A DNA stretch of 64,000 nt from Styela clava. Taxonomy: Eukaryota. Below, one piece after another: positions 53,058-64,000 of the stretch. Below the pieces are notes generated by a model. It ran no database searches, was not told where the DNA came from, and saw nothing but the letters and a program-made list of their open reading frames with translations. The stretch is from contig NC_135263.1 in the NCBI RefSeq assembly GCF_964204865.1, forward strand, positions 11,284,001-11,348,000, read 5' to 3'. The translations under genes were made by a program, and so were the position numbers. The first letter of the stretch is position 1; each line of letters starts with the position of its first letter.

Positions 53058-54566
53058 TGTGATGCTGCTATTCCAGACCGTTTTCTGCAAATCTATAATC
53101 GCTATCCTTCTCGAATCAAAAATAAAATATTGAATTAACTTAGCCTCGTGAAAAGCGGCTGTAAAATTAACAAGAATAATTTAAGTTTTAATTCTACTCA
53201 ACAAGACGTCAAACACAGCTAGCTTATCCAACTTAGCGCACCTCATCGGCCGGCGGCAATTCTAGACTGAATAGGCGACAGCGATTTCCTCCGTCGGCAG
53301 TGAGCGAATAGTTCAGGTAACGCTTGGTTGGGCCTGAAAGCGATAGCGTTCTATTTCTAAATTTTGTCAACAGGTAATCTGAGCCTCAACAAGCAGACCA
53401 TATCGTTTTCAGTCGCTTTACCAAGATATATTTAAATCTGTAACTCCAAAATGTACAGATGCTTGCTGCCTGACAGTGAGCATTCGAATAAATGTCATTT
53501 TCTTTTTCGAAACAACTAGTGATATATCATATCATCAGATACCAACAATAACACTTGAGATAGACTTGATTCTCATTTATTTTTCTACCGTACTCCCAAG
53601 TCTAATTCCCTTCAACAAGCACTAAACCATTGTTGTGTGGAATGAATGACATTCGTCAGAACCTGGGGTTTTTATCGGCCCGTTCTTTGGCTATTGTTAA
53701 TAATCGCACCACTGCGTGAAAGCGCTAGACATTTGAATTAATGAATTGGTGTCAAACTATACGTCTTATAAAATAAACAGTGGGAAATCAAAGTCGCACA
53801 GACGTCATTGTGTAAACTAGGTCAAATCTCTATTAAAACTGCGATAAAAGAGGCCGAGAATCCTGCAGAGATTAAACAATTAATTCCTTTTGTTATAACT
53901 TTTTTTCTTTATGTATTATTGAGCCTTTGGAAACTGCGTGATACAAATTTTCGCCAACTATAATAATATGAATAAAAATATGACATATACTGTTAAAACG
54001 ATTGAAATTTCGTCAAAATTTACGTCAATAATTTTTACATACAAATGAAAGAATATTAGAATGAATAAATTCATTTAACTTCTTTCGGAATAAAATCATC
54101 TTTTTAATAATTTTATTCCTTATTATTACGTCACAAACTGGCAAAATACATTGAATCACAATTCAATTTAATATGAATGGTCCATTGAACATAGATATAA
54201 CATAAGTAACTTTCTGGTTCTAAGGATGCTAAAACAGGATGTACTAGATATCGTTCATTCAAAAGTACGTTGGTATGCTATTCATCAGACCAAGAAAGTA
54301 TGTTTTCGATTGAATCCACATTTATATAAGTAAGTATTTGACGTAATTTATTAACGTAATTGACGAATACGTAAGTACTGATTTAACTGTTCCCACAGAC
54401 ATATGCTTTACTCTCGAATGTCTACTAAAAAAATCGAGTCTCGGCGGAGTATCCATCCACGATTTCGAATGATTTAGTTTTAGTTGTATATCGTCATAGC
54501 TCCATCAGAAAATAGTTTAAAACTCAATGAATTTTGTGATTATTTTACCAGTCTTATTTCGGTATT

Positions 54567-57500
54567 ATGAATCGGGAAAAGTACCAAGGTTCCGTAAAGT
54601 TAAAGGAATGCTCACAAAACTCCCTTTCATTTTTTTTCTTATCTGTAATCGTGTCGTGATTACAAAAAATGTGGTTGCAGAAGGCTTAGATCCAATGCCC
54701 GAAGTTATGGAAAACCGGTTCATTATCGTCAAGACCCCAATAAATATCGGTGTATACTAGTCTACTTTTCATTTCAAAATAAGCTTTTGATGAAGGACAA
54801 CATGATAGCATTTAAAATCATCCGACAATATAGTTAGAAAATTTTTAATAAATGCATGTGATTATAAAGTGACTAGAACGTTGTTCGTAATTTACTATAC
54901 TTCAAACTATAATTCTCAGATTAGTTCATGTACGTCTGAAGAAAATAGTTATTATGGATACTGTGCTTAAAACGTTAAATCGTTATTTTTTACCCGTCTC
55001 AGTTTTTAACGCCGGGAATATATTAAAACGTTACATCCTACCACGAAATGAAGTTCCTGGAAAATCAGGCTATCATGCTTTCCTCGATAACTATTAATCT
55101 GTCGATAACATAATTGGTATTAAAATCCGAATCATGAGCTTACTGACAAAGTGATTTATCCGAGTAAAATTTCAGTTACCTTGTTCCGAGCTAGGCATAA
55201 GTGCACAATGTAAATCGTCGATATGCACATGCTTTTGGCATTGACAAAACAATTTACTGTCTTCCACAAGAAAACTTTTTGCTTGGGCCATATGCATTGA
55301 GAATGTATCCTACTTATTATACGAACTGTAACCATATGCCCAAATTTTCTCTTAGATGAGTTTGAAATTGTTTCCCCTTTCCTTTCAGAACAGAAGATCT
55401 AGAGGGCGCAGTCAATGAGTTACAATATGTTCCAGATTTTAACGAAACTCGTCAGTTGGAATCGGAAGTTTATGGTGAAAATTATGGACGAAAATATCCA
55501 ACTTTTACCATTCGTGACATGAAGGTACAAGAACGTTGAAATTTGTTTACCATTTTTTTAAAAATACAAATTCTCTAAGTGGATAATTGCCAATACACGT
55601 TGGCAGATATGGGTGGATGATAGTTTTAAATCTGACTGAAAATTTTTACCGAATAATTTGGCAATACGATCGTTGTGGTGTACGCCTAAGTAACAGAAAC
55701 AGAAATGAAATCAATACAGCAAAAAATATATCTCGCCAGTCCAATAAGATATAGAATTCGCAAGTCGCGAGTTTGCCTTAAAATTTGAGCAAGTCTATCT
55801 TGTTGTAGAACATGTTGGAGCGCCTAATCTAATCGCTCTGATTATAATTATATATCGCTGTGTGACTTCATGCAAACGTGTTTCGAGTTACTGATTGCAT
55901 CGTAGTCGACGGCCATCTCAGTTTTCAATTAATATCCCTTTTAAACAAGATAAATCTAATCTGAATAGTGCTGATTAGAAAAGGAAAATGTTTATGAGGG
56001 AAGGTAAATTTGTTAGCTGGGCTTTGTATTATCGGGTTTAAGTATGAACTTTTGGTTGCAGAAATGCGAGTTATAATTCAGATTTGAGTTTGAAAATATG
56101 GTCTGGTAATCGACCAAGATATTATCTAAGATTATGACCCAATAATTGTTTTATGTATCGGTAATCTACACATTTTAGGCAGATACTTCCCCATATATTG
56201 TACTTTTCAAGCAGTTACTCAACGTATACATGCACACCTCGATATGTCGATCCGCTGCATCACGTAGTCGTAGTGTTTGCATCCATTAGAATGAGCGATA
56301 TGGATAGCCGATCTTGCTCGTGTGAGAATCATATTATAGATATGACGGAAATATATGATATGGCGGATCTTATATGATATTTTCCTAATATTATATATAT
56401 TTCCCCCAAGCAATTTTCTCTGGCCGACACCAGTACAATTCGACTTATCCGACATTTGTCCGAAATTAGAAGATCAAAACAATTATGACCTAATGTGTAG
56501 CCGCCAATGATTTGTTCTAAAATTTAATCAAAACAGTCTTATCATTGTTCAGGAGTATAAATTCTGGAAATTTGTTGCCGGAGACGATTGGCGAAAATGC
56601 TCTTCACTGCGGGTTACACCTGGTTCCTTACTTTCAAGTTTGATGGAAAGCTACAGGGATCTAGAAAAAGAAGGGAAGGTGATTTGCCTTCTGTATAGAG
56701 TAGGGACAAGCGTAATTTTATGACACAGCTCTGTCTGTGACTGTTAATTTTTTAAGAAATATAGTTTTGTCAAAAGAACAATAGACTTTGCTTTCATAAA
56801 ATAAATATTCGTTCTTGTTGTTTTCCCTTTACATAGATCCACCGAAATATTTATAGTGAATGGCGAAATTATTATGGTTTTTATAGTATCCTGACCAGCT
56901 AATGCTGCTTGGTGTAGTAAGCCACAAAAATCGACTAGTCTGTTATCCGTCGTTAGAGGCGCTAAAGAACATTGGACGACAGTTTATTTCAATTTATTTT
57001 GTGATATATATAGATACTTCGATATACAACCGACGTCTATGAAAATGTTTTGACGTATAAACCACATGGCTGTATTAGGCCACCAACTTCATCAAATGCG
57101 TCAATAGCAAATTCAGTTTACACGGACAGCACCGAAAGTGACCCAAAAGGTAAGTTAGGGTGCGTAAATGTATAAAGAGGGAAAGAGTTACTAAACCCTA
57201 CTATTAGATAAGTTGATGAGCATCTGTGATTATAAATTTAAAATCTTTTGTTATCAATAAAATACGTTCGTACGCGTATTAAATCTGAGTTTTTATGGAG
57301 TATTTAAAATTGAAGATACTTATTTTTCTTTATCTTATAGTACAATTTACTTTCAGACACTTCTGGCACGCATTTGGAGCTGACAAAAATTTCCTTCACT
57401 TATTATGGCGTTTCTATGTCTCACTTGAAAAAAATTCTCAGTGATGCAGGTATTAATGATGTCAGTGAAGAACAAATAGCAAATCAAAATCCATCTTTCA

Positions 57501-60500
57501 ACTCGAATACAAAATCCCCTCGCAACGTTTCGTGTCTTGATGACCTAACTAGAGAAAATAATCCCTCGCTGATTGAGAGTTCCGTTCAATTGGAGCTAGG
57601 ACCTGACTGGGATATAGAAGCATATGAATATCACGACATGACAGGGAGACAAAGAAAACTAGCGAAGAGGTAAAAATCTGACAAAGTTTGAGTGGTTGCA
57701 CAGCACGCATAAATACAAACTTTTATTGTAAATGTATGTCATCTTTTTGTACCAGTAACTGTGTTGATGTTGATAAGTGTTTCAATTACTTTGCTACGTC
57801 TTGCATTTTGGTAATGTAAGTTTCAGCGCTGAGTTGCAAATAAATAACCAGAGATATCCTGATTTGCTAGGCAAATTGCTTCCAAAAACTTCGCATTATT
57901 GTTGACTTTAAAGGAGAAAGAAATGATTAATTCTATTTCAAATATATATGAATTGTGAGTCTGAATTATCGTTTCAGGAGATTTACACATGGTCAGGTAT
58001 GCTGGATAGGAAAGCATGCTACACAAGCAAACGAGCATAAAACGCAAGAAAACACATTGCTTAATCCAGTGAACAGAAGACTGATGTTGGAAAAAATCAA
58101 AGAACAAAGAGCGAGATCAAAAAGACGAATTGAATTGTAAGTATAACTGTTTTATATCAATAGATATTTTGTCGGATTTTTTTTCATAAAGTTAAAAGCT
58201 CCACTAAGAGTCACAGGAGTGACCAACACTTATTCAGACACGGTACGGATTTTGCAAAAACTATATGTCGTACAGTCGTGGGCATTAGCGCAAGAATTTT
58301 TACCATTTAAAGCCAAGAAAAGCGCTTAGTCATAGCGAACTCTGCTTGAATTGAACCCGTTTGATCTGGGTTGGTTACTTATATTTGCTATGAATTGCAT
58401 TCTCATAATGATTGGATTTATATATATATATATCGGATGAAATTAGCAAAGAAAACAAATTTATAACGATGTAAAAAGATGAATAAGTTTCAAATTAGAT
58501 TTGAATTCTTTGTTGAATTTTCGTTCTTTATTACCTCAAATATTCGAATGCACAATATGATAGCATATATATGTGATATAAATGTCCTTTTCCAGACATG
58601 AAAACGTTAACAAAGCTTTGAAAGAGTCAAATGGGGCCTATGAAAAATGGTGGTTAGAACAAATTGGTGATCCTTTGATGTCTACTGATCCGACGTTTAC
58701 TAAATCTCAACTGACGTTCTTTGGCAATAGCTGGATTGTTGATGGAAACTATAGTGCAAGCGACGAACCCATCCAACAAACAATAGCCACTCGAAATGGT
58801 AAACGAGAAATTCAGGCGCCTATTGTAAACACACCAGCGGCAGATGCATCTCGTCCGCCACTACTGGTTCCGAATTTACCTTCGGTTGATATCTGGAGGT
58901 GTGGATGTGACGTTTGTAATGGCAACTTGTTGAATTTTTCGGGTTCGATTGAAAATAGAGGTCAACTTGGCGGCGTGACTTCAAGAAGTCAAGGCCAAGG
59001 AGGGAGGATTCAAAGAAAAGTAACAGAAGAACATATTGACGTACAATGTGAAAAAGTAAGTGAGGATGTGATGAGAATGGAGGAAAACAGAAAAAGTGCG
59101 GAGAGAATAGAAAAGTGTGCTATATATTGGCAATAAATTTTGATCTATTTGATACTATTCTTTCACAGGTCGTCGAAGTAGTAACAGAGGAACATTCAAA
59201 CAATGGTAATATAACATATATATTATGATTTGAGACATATATATGACTTTGTTAACATAATATTTATAAATAACCATGCAAAAACAAATGTGTTGCAGAT
59301 AAAGATATCACCATTATTAAAAAACCTAAGAAAACACCCGCCACAAAGAAGAAAAAGGGGAAAAAATCAAAAAAGTGCGTATCATATTGATGACATATCA
59401 TAACTTGTCCTACAGAAAAGGCAATGCGTAATATTTTTTTTTGTGAAACAGAAAAACTTCAGAAAAACCAAAACTCAATCCCCAAATTTGGTGGGAGACT
59501 GTTAGCACTTATACAACGCCCAAGTGGAAAACTTCGGAAGGTACAGTATGCATTTTATTTTTCGTGGGTCATAAAAGATTTTCTTAGTTACATTTAGTTA
59601 TGTCTATTTCTATACAGTCTGCCCTCCCACCTCAACCCAATTATACCGAAATGGTTTTGCATTACATATTCTAGATCCGTATTGTGCAGCACGAATTCGA
59701 TCGTCGAGTGTACCACTAAAACGTTATTGCAAAAATGATTTTATCGGCAAGACATGAGTAGTTTCAATTGTCATAACTAGTTTATGGTTTTCGAAGCAAT
59801 AAGAGTGGATTACGAAAATAGTATATGTATAACACTAAAACACTGATTTTTACAGTATTTGTTGACAGTATTTTCACAGTAACTATTGTTGATTTAGATC
59901 CAGAGCAAGTAAACGCAAAGAAAAAGAAATCATCTAAATCTAAAAAGTCCCCAATGGCACAGAAACTCAACGTCAGTTACAGTTTTGATAAACTCCGACA
60001 TAAAAAATCCTCTGTAGCTGTGAAACAGGTAAAAGCATTCGAATTAATTAACAACTAACTAGATTGTTAATTTAAAACGAATATGAGTAATTGACATTGA
60101 TAAAGATCCAGCTTAAATAACCCAAAGCTACCATTCGATATAGAGAGAACATTTACGTCTGAAGGCAGTAATCACACCAGGGGTACACAAGAAAAAAGGC
60201 ACTCTAACTATATCGGAATAGGAATATACTGTATATAACAATTTATTTACGAATACTTTATTGGTAAATTTGAAACCAGTTTCGAAAATTTATATTCGTA
60301 ATTTATATGGATTTTATAATTTAGATTGATGGAACGGGAGACCGCATTCGTTTGTCTTCTAGGAAAGGCAGTACTGGAATGGAAAGTAGAAGCAATAAAT
60401 CTGCCACCACTTCAACGCCAGTGAGTGAACCGAGTGATCATCTGAACATGTGTGCTCTCATGACACATCACATTATTTACAAACATACACCAGCGCAATG

Positions 60501-61059
60501 CACCCCGTATACAAAAATTAAGTTGCCAGCATTACGAAGTATGTGTCAACCATCATCTCCTAAACGAACTGCTACGTTTTCTCCTGATGTGCAAATCGCA
60601 ATCGAAAAGGGAAAACAAACTGAAATGTCGTCTGCTGCACCACCGGATAAAAACTTGCCTGCTCTCGTGGAAACTCCACTCACAACGTCACGGAAAGACG
60701 AAGTGTGGCCGGAGAATTTCAAGTTTGGTTCACTTGATGCTTATTCGCAAAAGCCGGCGTCAAACATTTTCTCAGATGATATTTATGGAGACTCTTGTCG
60801 TGCTTGGGCTGCTTCAGATAAAACAACTCTACCGTCGGTTGCAAGTTTAAAACGTCGAGATGATTGTTATTTTCTTCATCATGTCCCAAAAAACTTTTCT
60901 CAACTTTGCTTTGCTGGATTATCCAAATTTATCATTAGATTCGAAACTGTGATGACTACAACCGGATATCAAAGAGTTGAGAGTCTTACAATAAATCGAA
61001 CTCCCTTTTGCTCATATGCCACTCGAAAAAGAGAATCTAATACAAAGATTTGCAAGTGA
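54567..61059 (+). CDS. Uncharacterised multi-exon protein with Lys-rich linkers and an NTR/C345C (netrin C-terminal)-like segment
   Basis: Phase-consistent exons: 54567-54580 (tentative start), 54681-54749, 55389-55524, 56553-56678, 57014-57149, 57357-57669, 57978-58136, 58596-59055, 59169-59205, 59299-59374, 59452-59540, 59618-59746 (GC donor), 59856-60028, 60325-61059. AATAAA at 61152. The 5' exons are less certain. Confidence 0.62.
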
Positions 61060-61498
61060 TCGTACTATTAAGGCTAATATTAAAGAGCCGTTCTACTTAT
61101 TTCGTATTATATATTTTCTATTTTATTTTGACTATTTTGAACTGTCTGAACAATAAAATTACATTACTTGGCCCATTCCACGCCAGTACGTATCTGAGTA
61201 TTATATTTGCAGCTGGGGTGTTGTAATGCGAATCACATAAGCAAACAATGTGGTTTGTTGTCCTTGAAAAAATATCGTTTATTTTTATGGTAACCTCGAT
61301 GATGGCTAATCATTAACTCCATAGTCGAGTCGCACGTTCCGATGTATAAACCCTCCAGGGAACAGTCCGTAGCCTGCTTTGCAGTATTCGAGATAAACCT
61401 TTTCCAGAAAAAGTGCCGATATCTTACTTTAACATCAAGGCATTAACGCAGATGAATAAGGCTTTTGTTAAGTTATAATCTGAAAAAGAATTGCAACG

Positions 61499-63681
61499 AT
61501 GGCTCCCCAAATTAAGGTAAGCTGAACTTAACAAGTGGCGTACCCAGGATTTGAAATTAATATAAAATTGTGGCGTCATAATATTTTACGCGAGTAAAAT
61601 CTACTGTTATGTTATATATATATTAGTTCTCTGGAAATTTCGTTATTGCGTGTTAAAAATTTATTTCGAAAAACAAATTATGACGTCACAACTAATTTTT
61701 TTTTTAAATCAGAGTAATCTTGCAAAATTGCCTTTATAAGCAAGCATATAAATGGCCTATCACAAAGCCTATTAACATTCCCAACGCAATTGCAGCTTCA
61801 CAGCTTGGACGTACGTTAGTTTATTTTGACGGGTAACTTTGACAATTTGAGGCTGTTTTCAATTCAAATAATTCCAGTTTTATATATACCAAATAACAAA
61901 CCATTGCCAAGTTTATGTTTGTTACAGGTGTCCTTTCTCGTTTATACCGTTTTACGACTGATCTGCATGTACATCGTATCTGTGACAATCATTCAAGGAA
62001 CAAAAAGTATTATTGAATGGTAACGCTATTTCATTAAAATATGTTCTAGTCCAACTTGAAACCAAGTCTCCAAGTTATAAATAACAACAAATGTTCGAAG
62101 AGTAAGCAAAAACAAGCGCTGATCGACCCTGTTAGCCACATAGACCAATATGGATCCTAATTCTAATTAAGTTATGCCGAATGTTCGGTTTCGTTCAAAG
62201 TTTAATATGATATAATTAATTTTGAAATCCGACATCACCAATGTTTTGAAATATTATACGAGTATTTAAAGATCACTGCAGAAATGGCCTGGTGTTAATA
62301 TAAAATGAACGGTCCAATTTAAATGTGGATTATACTTCAGGCAGGTAGATCGAACTGGGGGCAAATCGGAATATATGTGGCGAAATATGTGGAAAAGAGT
62401 CGTTGAATTCTTTGGAGAAAACCATTTTATGATTTTCGTAGCAGGTGAAGTATTTAATTGTCATTCACCAATAAGTATTGCGTGAATGATAACGAACAGA
62501 AATGACAACTATCGCCTTTGTGATTGACGTATTCTCACACCCGCTTTTCGTTCTACTATTCTGGTCAGAAGCATCTTTGCTCCTAGTAATCAATTGGAGC
62601 TGGGAATCTCCGCCAATATGCGGTCCGATGACTCTTCAATATAATCTCTAGTAATTACGGTGCATATCTATAGTAAGATATTTTATAATTTGGTAAAATC
62701 ACACGGTACTCGACGACAATAAAAGTAGTTCCGTAAATGATATTCCAACTCTTTTTAATTGCATATTAGAACCTCGGGTGTCGCTGCTCGATAACCAGCT
62801 TTGGTTCCCCGCAGCTTCCTTTGCCCAGTAAAACTATGTAATTAAATCGTTTTTGAAAATTGTATAATGTATAATTGTATAAGATTGTTTTTTATTGGTT
62901 GGAAAAAGCTCTATTGTAGAAAGCCCCGCCAAAAAAATACCCCCCGCTCAGATTGAAAAAAAATGTAATTATTTTATTACTTAGGGTGATTTCTAGGAAT
63001 GCAGATCGCACTAAAAATTTAAATTTTCATCAACTCATTCGTAACCCGAACCCTGAGTGGATAATTACTAATTTGTTATTTTAAATCATGGCGGGAGTGT
63101 TTTCACAAATCTCACATTTTTGCATTAGTGGCGGGGCCTCGTACAAAAGATCCGGGGAAATAATCTTGACTTGATTGTATATATCATTATCAATCTTGGT
63201 AGGGTAAAGAATGTGTATATATAGCTATAAGACATAGAGATGTAAGATTTTGTTTTTGTTCTGCCAGGTACATATGGTTATTCCGCCACCGTCTTTTGGT
63301 TGTATCATAGCATTTACCTGTATATGGATATGACAGAAAAACCAGCGTTTTTGAGAAAATACAAAATTCAGGAAGGAAAAAATTCACCGGTAACAATATT
63401 TGAATTATAAGGTCGAATTGTTGCTTCGAAGTGTTGAAACATCTAACATTTAAACTTTTAATTATTGTCTCCCAGCTCACACCCGCCCAACTGAAAAAAG
63501 CTCTGAGTGTCATTCTCCCGAGTCAGATGTATGCTATTATGGTAACCACAATGTTTTATCCTATACAAAAATGGAGAGGAATGCCGTATCTTGACCCTGA
63601 GCTGCCATCTGTACCGCGTCTTGTATGGGATGTCCTTATAATAGCGATTCTGCAAGGCGGGATGTTCTACTATAGCCATCG
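61499..63681 (+). CDS. FAXDC2: Fatty acid hydroxylase domain-containing protein 2-like (sterol desaturase family), 5' part; continues past the window
   Basis: Exons 61499-61516 (MAPQIK), 61928-62019, 62341-62444, 63268-63389, 63476-63681. Motifs MDMTEKPAFLRKYKIQEGKNSP and ELPS...FYYSHR are typical of FAXDC2/C5orf4 just before the first His box. Confidence 0.85.
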
Positions 63682-64000
63682 GTACGTCACTCACTATTTC
63701 TTTTCTACCAATCAGTAAAATATGGTTATTGATGGTATATGACTCGAATTTTTTTTATAGATATAAAAAATTTCATATTAACTTCATCTGTGGTAACAAT
63801 TTGACATTTTGATGGAGATTCTACAATTTTTATTCATGACAATCGAGAGTTGTCCATGGGAATCCGGAAACGTCCCATGGGATGGGATGGGACAGTACAC
63901 ATTTGTTTTTCCCATGGGACCTGTGGGACACGAAAACCGTATAATTTTTGGGGAAATTATGGTAAAACCTTTCATTGTAGAATTCGTGTCCATATATATC

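Noticed and set aside
53058-53090. AG acceptor-like sites 20-30 nt upstream of both laminin ATGs (possible SL trans-splice sites)
   Set aside because: Cannot be distinguished from chance AG or an ordinary 5' UTR intron without 5' cDNA data.

Overview
AT-rich, intron-dense eukaryotic (invertebrate) DNA. The small GT-AG introns and the sequence style suggest a tunicate or other invertebrate deuterostome, but the taxon cannot be proven from the window. About 53 kb holds two tandem, minus-strand paralogues of a laminin alpha3/alpha5-type chain. Gene A (53057 to 27942 or 25299; 57-58 coding exons traced by hand) has signal peptide, LN, 11 LE, L4a, LE, L4b, LE and coiled coil, but only two LG domains. 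It then either stops (secreted form, about 3170 aa) or splices in frame to a terminal exon encoding an acidic stalk, a transmembrane helix and a polyproline cytoplasmic tail (about 3440 aa), i.e. a predicted membrane-anchored laminin alpha chain. Gene A also has two pairs of mutually exclusive exons (one swaps an RGD loop for a polybasic/furin-like loop in LG1), an extra exon after LE2 that could give a LaNt/netrin-like short protein, a candidate microexon, and decorin/biglycan-like acidic Ser-Gly motifs. Gene B (21686 to at least 635) is an exon-for-exon duplicate that lacks the two upstream alternative exons and has two extra introns; its 3' end is unresolved at the window edge. On the plus strand are an uncharacterised multi-exon gene with a netrin C-terminal (NTR)-like segment (about 54567-61059) and the 5' part of a FAXDC2-like fatty acid hydroxylase gene (61499 onward). 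Several MITE- and SINE-like repeats lie in introns and between genes. All exon models are manual reads without transcript evidence.
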